A DNA stretch of 64,000 bases, taken from positions 19,774 through 83,773 of the forward strand of contig JAUCBJ010006096.1 of the NCBI GenBank assembly GCA_032718475.1, given 5' to 3'. The translations under genes and the position numbers were made by a program. Positions 24,901-34,149 of this stretch are shown piece after piece. Below the pieces are notes generated by a model. It was given only the letters and a program-made list of their open reading frames with translations. It had not been told where the DNA came from and ran no database searches. The number at the start of each line of letters is the position of its first letter. Within the stretch, counting starts at the first letter, position 1. The DNA comes from Nemertoderma westbladi (Eukaryota > Animalia > Xenacoelomorpha).

Positions 24901-26660
24901 CAAACAGAACATACATCATCAATTGTCAAAGAAAGCCTCTTATCTAAAATCCTGGCATCTCTAAGGAGAGATTTCAATTTAATAGCATCTGCATGTGCAA
25001 ATTGACGATGAAGTTTAAGAACATCACTTCTTAAATCAGAATCACTCTTATCTTTTAATGGGGTCACTTTAAAAACCAACTTTGGTCTTTGATCAGGAAT
25101 ATTTGATATCGATCGACGATAATTATTCAGCGGTAAACAAAAGTGACCTGTGGACGTAAGATCTAATTTCAATTTGGTACCAAAAAGTTCAATCGTGTTA
25201 GTAGTAAAACATAAAGAAGCTCCAGCCTTTTTAAGTGATGTATTACTTAATAGTAATGGCAGATTATTGTCAACAACATTACACTCTATAAACACTGAAA
25301 GATGCCTAAGAAATGCTGGTATTTTAACCAATGTATCTGATATAACAGGGTTTCCAACTCCAAATTTGAAAGGTGTGCAACAAGATGTAATTTCTATTAA
25401 TCTATCATCTTCTTCACTGAGAGTTTCCCTGTATCTATTCAACCAATCTCGCCCACAAACTGTACGCGTACAGCCAGTGTCTATAATTGCACACGATAAA
25501 GCCTCCTTTACAAACAGGCAGTCAACCTCTGACACGGATTCCATAAGCCGATCAACATTACTGATCCCATTAACAGTTTCACCTAAAGATATCCCCTCAC
25601 ATGATTGAAAAAATGTGTAAAACACTCTCTCTCCATTTGTATTATCATAATTGTCATTAAAATCTGCATTATCTCTATAACTATCAGCAAGAAATACAGC
25701 TTGCTGTGCAGGACATTGAGCCACATAATGTTCTGTACTGTTGCAATTATAACAACGTCGCACATATCCACTTGAATCAACTACATTTTGGCGAGCCCTG
25801 AAACTAGGTTGGCCAGATCTACCAGTACTGATACCCGATCCTCTGAATTGCAATGTCGGACCTCGTTGTAAATATCTTCCCCGTTCTGAACCTCGATTAA
25901 AGTTACCCCTTTGAACCCAACCTCTTTGATCCCTCCTAGATCCATAAAAACCTCCTCTACGATGATTCACAAACAATATCTCTGCATCACTATCCACCGG
26001 TTCAATCTTAATTTTATCCTCTCTTCCTCCAGTACCACTACCGGTAGCACTCACACTAATACCACTAGTGGTACTTCCTTGCAGTACAATGTCATATATC
26101 CTCAAAAGTGTGTCTGACATTCCCTCATAATTTATTTCTGTAGTCGTAGCCAGAGCCAAATCTTTTTTATCTCTAGGAATATTCGCACTTTTTAACAGCC
26201 TATAAGCTAAAACAGGCCCAGGTAATTCAATTTTGTATTTTTTCATCTTTTCAACAAGACGCTCAAAATCGATAACAAAATTCTCAATCGAACTATCTTT
26301 ATCTCTAACAAATTCTTCAAATTCTGCATAAGACTGATACGCAGCCTGTGAATCTTTTTTTAAATGTAACTTATCAAGTTTCAGTAACACATGAGCAAGT
26401 CCGTCAGCCTGTTTTACCTGATCAACGCTAAGTGAGGATACAGCATCTTTAGGCTTACCTTTCAACTCCAAATAAACCGCCATTCCATGTTTTGCTGCTG
26501 GTAAACTTGTTAGTTCGGACCATACCTCTATGTCGAACTTCCACTGTTCATATTCATTCCTGCTGGCTTTATCTTTAAGCGCTGGTGGAATCTTCCACAT
26601 TACACTACCACCAGTCATCCCAGTTGTACCGGTAGGTCTACCTGTACCTCCAGTTGCCAT
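21993..26660 (-). CDS. Copia (GalEa-like) gag-pol polyprotein
   Basis: CYNCNSTEHYVAQC knuckle; AIIDTGC protease; HRQFAH..CEVC; MDL / SDNGGEF / NGIVER integrase; KARLVARGF, CVYGL, HVDD RT; SDAS...ADSLTK RNase H; first ATG at 26660; no stops. Confidence 0.95.
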   Translation of the reverse strand: MATGGTGRPTGTTGMTGGSVMWKIPPALKDKASRNEYEQWKFDIEVWSELTSLPAAKHGMAVYLELKGKPKDAVSSLSVDQVKQADGLAHVLLKLDKLHLKKDSQAAYQSYAEFEEFVRDKDSSIENFVIDFERLVEKMKKYKIELPGPVLAYRLLKSANIPRDKKDLALATTTEINYEGMSDTLLRIYDIVLQGSTTSGISVSATGSGTGGREDKIKIEPVDSDAEILFVNHRRGGFYGSRRDQRGWVQRGNFNRGSERGRYLQRGPTLQFRGSGISTGRSGQPSFRARQNVVDSSGYVRRCYNCNSTEHYVAQCPAQQAVFLADSYRDNADFNDNYDNTNGERVFYTFFQSCEGISLGETVNGISNVDRLMESVSEVDCLFVKEALSCAIIDTGCTRTVCGRDWLNRYRETLSEEDDRLIEITSCCTPFKFGVGNPVISDTLVKIPAFLRHLSVFIECNVVDNNLPLLLSNTSLKKAGASLCFTTNTIELFGTKLKLDLTSTGHFCLPLNNYRRSISNIPDQRPKLVFKVTPLKDKSDSDLRSDVLKLHRQFAHADAIKLKSLLRDARILDKRLSLTIDDVCSVCEVCQKYKKPKPRPIVGLKRAHEFNEVVAMDLKEIRPRVYILHLIDLASRFSAACLISNKQKDSVIKGLFKTWIWCFGAAKKFMSDNGGEFSNEHYRDMCQNFNIQLQVSSAESPFSNGIVERHNAVLAETLERTYQDSGCDLETALYWALSAKNSLQMVHGYSPNQLAFGRNPTLPNVLVDELPALEGRTCSKLVGSNINAMHLARENYIKAESSEKIRRALRHQVRTSNDVSYNNGDKVYFRRNKHKYWSGPAIVLGQEGQTVLVKHQSEYYRVHPCHLKHVKSVTFGQMDDLHNPVEKSSKEESGRGSIDKSPLSVVNTDINDFQSKQIEVLSDNDTAVLDEDSQVNHNNTERLVGCDDVAILENNDNSEITVQGSMSKDAEIHSYKNGSIIPKIRNTVLFRPYESEQWKEGKILSKLKSTGKYNTFVNIKVADEKEPKCVDWPDYVSQWKIKDETLNEVLVTTVTHKTHSVQEIMDAKVKELTSWKENDVYLEVDEIGQETISIKWILTEKELNGHKFVKARLVARGFEEITDVRCDSPTCSKESFRMVLATIVSNNWELKSFDVRAAFLQGNPISREVYVQPPKECHIPGKIWKLKKCVYGLVDAPRMWYTRFRDQLLKLGMTVSKIDPAMFIYKISGTLHGIAVTHVDDIVYSGTEVFESRVMRKVRSTFLLSHEELGTFKYIGLDLIQTTEGITISQDNYIQELQEIEVPSHQYSEDKLNDNCKKSLKTVLGQLMWIFNQTRPDIGYEICISSTNIKNATINVIRTVNKVIKDIKYEKLDVYYPNLGSIENCILQVYSDASYANLSDGSSQGAFIIFLTNRRGVCLPLAWQSRKLRRVVRSTLAAETLALVEGIDAAGEILAIVEEIHGVQLPLVCLIDNRSLFSAVQTTNVVQDRGLRVDIAFLRQKVERHELEILWVEAKEQVADSLTKRGASKTLLRGVLKSGQLQNHSYLGWCNKTNE

Positions 26661-26902
26661 ATTAAAACTTAGAAGGTACCGGTACCGTATTCTATTCAAT
26701 TAATTGTAATAACAAACAGGCACCGCGCCGTTAATAGCAATAGGCCTAACTGCCTAATACAGTTGTAGTTATGTCTAGCCTAATTTAGAGTTCCCAGTTC
26801 TGCAATTTGCAGATTTGCCATATACCAGTATACATACATCTGTACATCTACCGGGTGACCGGTACATCGATTTACACATCCAGACATCTTCTTATTGCTG
26901 AT

Positions 26903-26920
26903 AACCACGCTCTGCTACCA
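26903..26920 (-). promoter_or_regulatory. Primer-binding site, initiator tRNA-Met
   Basis: TGGTAGCAGAGCGTGGTT 2 bp inside the 5' LTR; TGGTAGCAGAGC is the known GalEa PBS. Confidence 0.9.
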
Positions 26921-26922
26921 AA

Positions 26923-27134
26923 TGTGAAATATCATAACATAACATAATACTCAGTTCTATAATGCTATAATGTATATATTGGTTTAGACAATAATCACAT
27001 ACTTACATAAATCAGTCCTTCCTATTCTAACGCTAGGCCTATACTGCTATACATAAGTACAGTAGGAACCGGTACTGTCACATCACCTCAATCATCCCAT
27101 CACCAGAGCCATGGCCTATTCCAGAGCAGTCACA
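26923..27134 (-). repeat. Copia 5' LTR (212 bp, TG...CA)
   Basis: tgtgaaat...gtcaca termini. Confidence 0.95.
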
Positions 27135-27161
27135 CCTTACACTTTAAACGTATAAATTAAA

Positions 27162-27722
27162 ATGGATTCTGATTTATTTCAAAGATACAGTAAACCTCAA
27201 TATGGGGGATCAGACTCTAATCTTCCTGTTTTTAAAGGTGGAAAAAGTACCAGAGGCTCGACGCAAGTTCCAGTTTTTCGTGGTGGATCATATATTGACC
27301 CTTACGGTCAACAAATTGGCACATTTGGTCCAAACTTAAAACAACGTCGTTTTCAGCGTTATCGTAGAGGTATGCGGGCAAATCAACACGGAGAAGGTAT
27401 ATTTACAGACGCCTTATCGACATTGAAAAAATTTGGTAAGCCATTAGCTAAAAAAGTTTTACAAAAAGCTTTACCATTTACCACAAAATTTATGAGACAA
27501 CACGTAATACCAAAAGGTAAGCGGATCTTACATCGGCAGGCTAATACGGTTATTAATAAAGCATTAAATAAAATGAAACCATCAACAAGGTCGGTTGTAG
27601 AAAAAGTTTATAGAGATTTAAAGCGACCCGCTAGACCAATGACTATGAACATACATCATCGACGTAGTAAAAAGAGAAATATAAAAGGTAAACAGAAACA
27701 CTGCGAAAAAAGTATTTTTTAA
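27162..27722 (+). CDS. Basic core/DNA-condensing virion protein (adenovirus pVII-like role inferred)
   Basis: Lys/Arg-rich; QYGG, FKGG, FRGG, QHGEG protease-site-like motifs; precedes MCP; homolog at 54610-55137. Confidence 0.7.
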   Translation: MDSDLFQRYSKPQYGGSDSNLPVFKGGKSTRGSTQVPVFRGGSYIDPYGQQIGTFGPNLKQRRFQRYRRGMRANQHGEGIFTDALSTLKKFGKPLAKKVLQKALPFTTKFMRQHVIPKGKRILHRQANTVINKALNKMKPSTRSVVEKVYRDLKRPARPMTMNIHHRRSKKRNIKGKQKHCEKSIF

Positions 27723-27724
27723 TA

Positions 27725-28984
27725 ATGTCAATTATTAAGGAATTAGATTTATTTTCTACACAGCCAATACAGACTGAATTTAAAGCAAAACATTATGAAA
27801 CAATTTACCCTGTATCTAATCTCCGTAGCGAATCTAGGGAGGTTACCTTCCTTGTACCCAGATCCAATGAATTCTATACGAAACTGCAAGACGCGTTATT
27901 AATTACAAAATGTACAGTACGTTGGGATAGACGACTTGAAAACTCCCATATTTATATGCTGAATTACCCAGCTGAAACTATGTGGAGTGATATTAAAATA
28001 GACCTTAATGAGAAGCAGGTTGAAAATAGCAATAACCATTATTTCTACAAGTCGTACTTATCCAATTTATTATTTACAACTTACGAGGATAAAAATGGGC
28101 TACTAGGTGCCGGTGGTTTTCATCAACCTTTATCAGAACATGGAAATGAAATTGATCCCGGCGCGCATCCTATTGCCGATGCCTTTAGTAAACAAATGCA
28201 ATTTGTAAGTGGATTGACGATTGATTTTGATACTGAAACTAAAATAATACAACCTGGGTATGATTTACGAATGCATTTTAGAAAAGTATCAAATTCGTTT
28301 ATTTTTAAAATCACTCCAAACGCAAACGCTGTGACAAATCTTCGACTAGAGTTAGATGATATAAAAATTCTAATTCCTAGAATGGAGGTTAATCCGGTAA
28401 TAGAAAGCAGTCACCTAAAAGGCTTAGAGAGCTACGATATTGAATATCAATTTCAAAAGAAAGAGGTAACTACATTTACTATTCCAGCTCAAACCACAAA
28501 TTACACTCAAACAAACATATTTGATGGTAAAAAACCCAAATTAGTTATTATTGGTTTCATAACAAATAACGCTTATTCGGGAGAATTAATTAGCAATCCC
28601 TTGAAATTTGAACATTTTAACCTTAGACGCGCGGAACTGATTGTAGACGGTCTTCCAGTAGGAGGTGTAATATACGAGCCTAATTTTACAGATGGAACAT
28701 ATATTTTTGAGTATACTCAATTAATGAAGAACATTAATACATATATTAACGGTTATGGAGGTAATAATATAGACCATGAAACCTATTTAGGTAATTGTCC
28801 CCTTCTATCCTGGGACTTAACCGCTGACGGCTATGTTAGAGATCCACAACCCTCAATATATACTAACGGTCAATTAAAATTAAGATTTTCCGAACCGTTG
28901 GTTGAAACCATAAATGTAATTGTTTTTAATATTTATGATCAATCATTAAGTTTAAATAGCAGGAAAGAAATACATATCGATTAA
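27725..28984 (+). CDS. Polinton major capsid protein (PY/hexon, double jelly-roll)
   Basis: ELDLFS..PIQ start, P..VIIGF..N.AYSG...NPLKF.HF, DLT, G.L.L.F..PL motifs; 419 aa. Confidence 0.9.
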   Translation: MSIIKELDLFSTQPIQTEFKAKHYETIYPVSNLRSESREVTFLVPRSNEFYTKLQDALLITKCTVRWDRRLENSHIYMLNYPAETMWSDIKIDLNEKQVENSNNHYFYKSYLSNLLFTTYEDKNGLLGAGGFHQPLSEHGNEIDPGAHPIADAFSKQMQFVSGLTIDFDTETKIIQPGYDLRMHFRKVSNSFIFKITPNANAVTNLRLELDDIKILIPRMEVNPVIESSHLKGLESYDIEYQFQKKEVTTFTIPAQTTNYTQTNIFDGKKPKLVIIGFITNNAYSGELISNPLKFEHFNLRRAELIVDGLPVGGVIYEPNFTDGTYIFEYTQLMKNINTYINGYGGNNIDHETYLGNCPLLSWDLTADGYVRDPQPSIYTNGQLKLRFSEPLVETINVIVFNIYDQSLSLNSRKEIHID

Positions 28985-28986
28985 GT

Positions 28987-29439
28987 ATGTTATCTACAGA
29001 GGACCTTGATATGTTTCCAGTAGGTGGTCACTATTTGGGCGCGTTTCCGGCTAATAAATTACCTAAATTAGATAATAATAAGCGGCAGGAATATGGCTTG
29101 ATAGTAAACACTGATAAACAGCATCTGCCTGGGATTCATTGGATCGCAATATATATACGAGATAATGAGGCCGAAGTATTTGATTCGTTTGGATCAAAAT
29201 ATCCAAACAGATGCATCGAAAAATGGCTTGAGAAAAATTCCACAAGGTGGCGTACTACACGCAAACAATTTCAAGACCCTCGAAGGACCACATGCGGACT
29301 GTACTGTCTCTATTATTTGGTAAATCGTATTCACTCAATCTATCCAATGAGAGCGTTTACAAATAATGTGGAAATCAATGAAATTATATTATATAAATGG
29401 CTTGTTAATTATTATAAATTAAACCAACAAACTTTGTAA
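28987..29439 (+). CDS. Adenain-like cysteine maturation protease
   Basis: NTD...PGIHW, FDSFG, Q......CGLYC catalytic His-Asp-Gln-Cys arrangement. Confidence 0.9.
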   Translation: MLSTEDLDMFPVGGHYLGAFPANKLPKLDNNKRQEYGLIVNTDKQHLPGIHWIAIYIRDNEAEVFDSFGSKYPNRCIEKWLEKNSTRWRTTRKQFQDPRRTTCGLYCLYYLVNRIHSIYPMRAFTNNVEINEIILYKWLVNYYKLNQQTL

Positions 29440-29474
29440 TTAATCATTTAGCTTGCTTTTGTTTATCAGATAAA

Positions 29475-30065
29475 ATGGATAATATTATTTTTGTTGATTT
29501 TCAATACTATAAGATAGACAATAAGGAGTATCCGGTAGTATTTAAAGAATTTGCAATATACGATTCTAATTATACCAAAACTAATGTAAAGACGTTTTTA
29601 ATTAAAGGCCCTCCTAATATTAAGTTGTCGGCTTTAGATGTAGCTCACGTAAACAATTTACGCGATATGGGTTCTCACTTGCCCTGGGACTACGGTGACA
29701 TTTCTCAAGATGACTTTATAAAATATATGAAGAGACATTTAAAATATAAAAAAAACATTCACGTATTTGGGTTGATGAAGCGGGCGATATTAGTTTCCCA
29801 ATTCAATGTTCTCGAACCAAATTCGGTGGAGAAATTGGGAATATATAAGCAATATCACGATTATTTAACCCCATGCCGGTTCCACGATCGAATCACTACA
29901 GTATGCGCGTTCCACTTAAACATAGGGGATAACTGTATGCGATACTGCTCGGCAAAACGTGTTGGTTGGTTTGAGGCTCTACACTTTTTCTTGAGAAAGC
30001 GTTTAACTGCGACTGATGTCGATGATAAACAGAAAGAAATAACTGCGGTGGAAGATGTACTGTAG
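29475..30065 (+). CDS. DnaQ/DEDD-fold, Maelstrom-like putative nuclease with Cys/His cluster
   Basis: IIFVDFQY...FKEFA, HLPWDYG, C.FH....CAFH...C..YCSAK; homolog at 55401-55997. Confidence 0.55.
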   Translation: MDNIIFVDFQYYKIDNKEYPVVFKEFAIYDSNYTKTNVKTFLIKGPPNIKLSALDVAHVNNLRDMGSHLPWDYGDISQDDFIKYMKRHLKYKKNIHVFGLMKRAILVSQFNVLEPNSVEKLGIYKQYHDYLTPCRFHDRITTVCAFHLNIGDNCMRYCSAKRVGWFEALHFFLRKRLTATDVDDKQKEITAVEDVL

Positions 30066-30630
30066 GTTTACTCTAAGCGTGTAAGGTGATGGGGTAATAT
30101 ATAATTTTATTTTGGTGATGCTCTTGATGTTAATATAAAAATATAATAAAATATAATTTTTTTTACAACAAGTTCTCTAAAAAAGAGTCAATTGCGCTAG
30201 GTTAACCATACACCTTTAACAATATGATGTAGACGTAACATGTACAGTAAGTATTCTCGATATCATTCTAATATAGATGTACAGGTATTGCGAAACATCC
30301 TTTACGTCGCAAACTAATAACACATACAGTAGTTGACTAGTAATATTAGTCAGAAAATGCAACATAATCTGTATAGGGTGTAATGATAACCTGTTGGTAC
30401 CGGTTCTGATAAATTATAGGCCTATCTACAACGGTCATCCACTTTATCAGTACCGGTAGTGTTTTACTCTTCCAACACTGTAGTCGCTGTCTACTGGTAT
30501 CGGTACAGCAGTAATCTGATGCATGCAGGGTCTCACATACAGGGATTAGATCACCTATCCAAACAATACAGTACTGCTGTACTTTCGCTGTTCTTGATGT
30601 AACAGCATAATCAGAGGGTAAATCTTTTCG

Positions 30631-30830
30631 ACCTACGCGTAGGCCTACGCGTAGCTACGCGTAGCTACGCGTAGCTACGCGTAGTTCGCAACATTGGGTC
30701 ATATATCACCAGTTTCAGAGTTTTAACAATAACTACGCGTAGGTGCTACGCGTAGCTACGCGTAGGTGCTACGCGTAGCTACGCGTAGGTCCTACGCGAC
30801 CTACGCATAGGTGCTACCCATAACTATGCC
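30631..30830. repeat. Array of self-complementary ctacgcgtag units in two clusters
   Basis: (ctacgcgtag)n at ~30633-30684 and ~30733-30810; probably subterminal repeats of a DNA-transposon relic. Confidence 0.85.
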
Positions 30831-31326
30831 TATACGTCGTTTATCATTAGTAGGCTTACGTATTCCAAGCGAGTCAGTACTAAAATAAGACACAATACGG
30901 TATGTTCAATAAACAACCCACAACCATCAAATGCTTTCAACAGTAATGTATCCTATACCTGTATACTCTATATAGAGGAATACGCGAAAACTACATAATT
31001 CTTCACTTCATGCGTTGCGGGCGGTAAAATGTGTTAATAATTAATGTTTAGAGTTCAAAAATAGTTTACAAAGGAAATAGGCCGATGGTTCTTATCGATT
31101 CTCTATGCTTTTTATTGCCTTTGTTCACGATAGGGCAACTAGGATATACTGTTTTTAATATGTTAACCCCTTGACAAGGGAAGGGGGAGACTAAATTGTC
31201 TATCATGAGACGTGAATTTTAAGTTTACTTTTTATTCATCCTCTGTGTTTGTATGTGAAAGAGCCGAATATTATTTATTACCAGTGCTGTATGTAGAGAT
31301 ATGAGTTTCCGATTCTGATATTACTT

Positions 31327-33470
31327 CCCTGCAAACAATGTATTGTTAAAAAGCTGTTATTAAAATGTTATTTAATGACATAGATAACATTATTTCAAAT
31401 TGTTACATTAATGATAAAAAAACTGTAAATTGGCCAAGAAATATGACGTTATATACTAACGTTATTATTTCGTTTTTAATAACATTAAAATAACAAAGCC
31501 AGGATGGTTATATATATCATTACTTTTATGTTATTCCTTATCATTATTATTGTATTTTTATTGACATTAAAATAACAACGGCATAATGTTTATTTAGATC
31601 GTTACTTTTATGTTATTTCTTAACATAAAAATATTGTTTGCTAAAAATGTAACATTATACGTGCATTTAAGCCCTTCTCTCATGTTTTATGGTTGGTTCG
31701 CTTGCTCAAACTAATAATCCATTGCCGTTCTTTATATCGTTCTTTATAATTGCCAAACCCTTTATTGAATAATTAATTAATAATTTCCCTACGCATGTTG
31801 ATATGGTATGGCAGGCTACAATCTCTAACACAGTTTGATTGAATACAATTTTGTTGTAGGCAATTGTATGTAAATTAATAACAATTAAAACGTATAACAT
31901 GAATTTAATTTTTTGTATAATGACCAGTCAGGAACAAATAATGAAATAAACAGCAAAATCAAAGTAAAATATCCCAGAATAAGTAAACAACAAATATATG
32001 GCTGTATGGCCCATTACGTAAATGGTCTTGATATTTCGGTTAAAGTTAATCACAGACTTAAAAAGAATATGTTTATGACTTAATAATAAGTGACAACAAC
32101 GTAATGAATTGCATCAATTAAAATACTTTGAGTTAATATTATTCACTAGATTTATAGATCTGATTTGTAGTCTATATAAAATAATGTACATATAGTGGGT
32201 TTAATAAATAAAACCTCACAACAATGTTAAATTATTAAAAGGGGCAGGTTACAGTTGGCTACAGAGGCACATTATTATATCCTAGACGGGTAAACAAAAA
32301 AAAAACAGGTTACAGATTTATTTCTGGGAGAGTAATCAGTACTTATTTGAATCGATATCTCCCTGGAGAGGGATGATTTTGATTGCATCGCAAATCCTCC
32401 CTATCTGAACAAATCATATTTAAAAAATTAAATGTTAATTATAATTATAGCTGAGTGAGCTTCATTTATTACATATTAAACTGTAAAAATAAATCAATAG
32501 GCCTAGGCCCTACAAAAGTACAATCTAAAAACTGAAACAATAAATAGTTTGTAATAACAGTTAATGTGAAGTTTTCAAATCGAAATCGAATCGAAAGTTT
32601 TGTAGTAATGCTGTCCCTGTGCCCTGCCCCTTCAACTGAAAACTGGGACCTCCCAATAATAAGAATTCCAATCTTTAGTCCTCGGCTGTTGAAATCCACC
32701 ATCAGTACAGACAAATAAGTCAATCCTCCACCTGTCAGTGCTGGTTTAAGGGGACTTCCTGCTCCTGGTCCTGGCAGACTTGAATTCTGTAATTGGTAGG
32801 TCTAATGCAGTAATGTATGAATCCAGAGGGTAAAGGCGAACTCGCATTCAGGTAGATATGTTTTATTTATGAGTTTAGGTTAAATAAATCACAAAACCAA
32901 AAATATAAGCTACTGTACAGAGCAGTAGGCCTGCAGTAACTATACTACAGTAATAGAGATAGGCCTTGCAGTACAGCAGTATAACAATACATATACAGAA
33001 TAAACATTGAATACAGGCAGGCCAGAATGAGTATTGTACAACATACCTGATACCATACTGTATACCATTTACATGTGGAAAATTCCTCCATTACCGCGAA
33101 TTTTAAAATTAGCCAATCATCAATCTCAGATTAGATAATAGAAGTGACAGCGTCTATCGCATAATGTTTATTTTATGTGACAAAATAACATTGTTCTGAT
33201 ATGTAACAAACCATGTTCTTAAAATGTTAGAACTAAACACTTATAAAACATTTTTGACTAATGTTTATGTTCTCACATTAAAATTACGTTTTTTTAACAT
33301 CAACAGTTATCATTTATTTAATGTCTGACAAAGACATTATAGAGTAATGTTAAAATAACATATATTGAACATCTAAATATTCTATCAAACAAGGGAATAA
33401 CATTTATCAACATTTATAACAAATTAATGATGTTTTTCTGACATTCCTTGAAAGTAAATTGTTTGCAGGG
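31327..33470. mobile_element. Non-autonomous CACTA/EnSpm-like element (CCC...GGG type)
   Basis: TIR ccctgcaaacaat / attgtttgcaggg; 2-bp TSD tt; many aacatt/aatgtt subterminal repeats at both ends. Confidence 0.75.
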
Positions 33471-34100
33471 TTCCCTCTATATAACGCAAGTGGAACGGTT
33501 TCGTTCTAATTAAAAGATACAGAGTTATAATGATTTAAAAATTGTCAAAAATATCCAAATTTGGCCCAAAATTGGCCAAAAGTTGAATTATTGGAATACT
33601 GTTTAATATTTTTGGCCAATATTTTGACCCGATGAACAACTGTATTGGATATGTATTCGGTATGAGTTTCAATCGAAATGGCCAAGCTGCTTTGGTGATA
33701 GTGAGAAAACAATGTAAAAATTTACCATTGGGATAATTTTTGGGTAAAATTAAAATGTGGCCAAAATGGCCAAATTTGGCTAAACGAAATTTTTTAATGA
33801 AACTTGCAAATTTATCCGCGCACAAAGTCTCCGGAGAACATTTGAAGATTTCAGTCACCTTCATCCCGAATTTCACCAATTAGTGCTAGAAGTTTCCAAA
33901 TTGGGGCAAAAATCCACTTTTGGTTGCCAATTTGGAAATGTTGGGGAACTAAATTGAAAAAACAAAAGCGTACAAAATTCTTAGAATAACAAAAACTACA
34001 AACGTGGCAAATTTCAGAGAATATAATTCCTAGGAAGTTGTAAAACGCCCCGAGTAAGCTCCACTTTCTATATACTAATGTTGGAACGCCTACGCCCGGT

Positions 34101-34131
34101 GTGGGAGAATCCTCACGAAGGATCCTCCCAC
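34101..34131 (+). other. GC-rich hairpin followed by T-rich tail, probable 3' end of a Helentron/HINE-like element
   Basis: gtgggagaatcct-cacga-aggatcctcccac then gttgtgttgttttt; lies at the junction with the BEL fragment. Confidence 0.4.
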
Positions 34132-34149
34132 GTTGTGTTGTTTTTAGGT

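Larger units (their letters stand above)
21686..27134 (-). mobile_element. Ty1/Copia LTR retrotransposon, GalEa-like, very young
   Basis: Two LTRs that read identical over 202 bp, tRNA-Met PBS, PPT and one intact gag-PR-INT-RT-RH ORF. Confidence 0.95.
27135..30065 (+). mobile_element. Polinton/Maverick (adintovirus-like) fragment A
   Basis: Four closely packed ORFs, each homologous to a Polinton B gene; no TIR seen. Confidence 0.9.
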
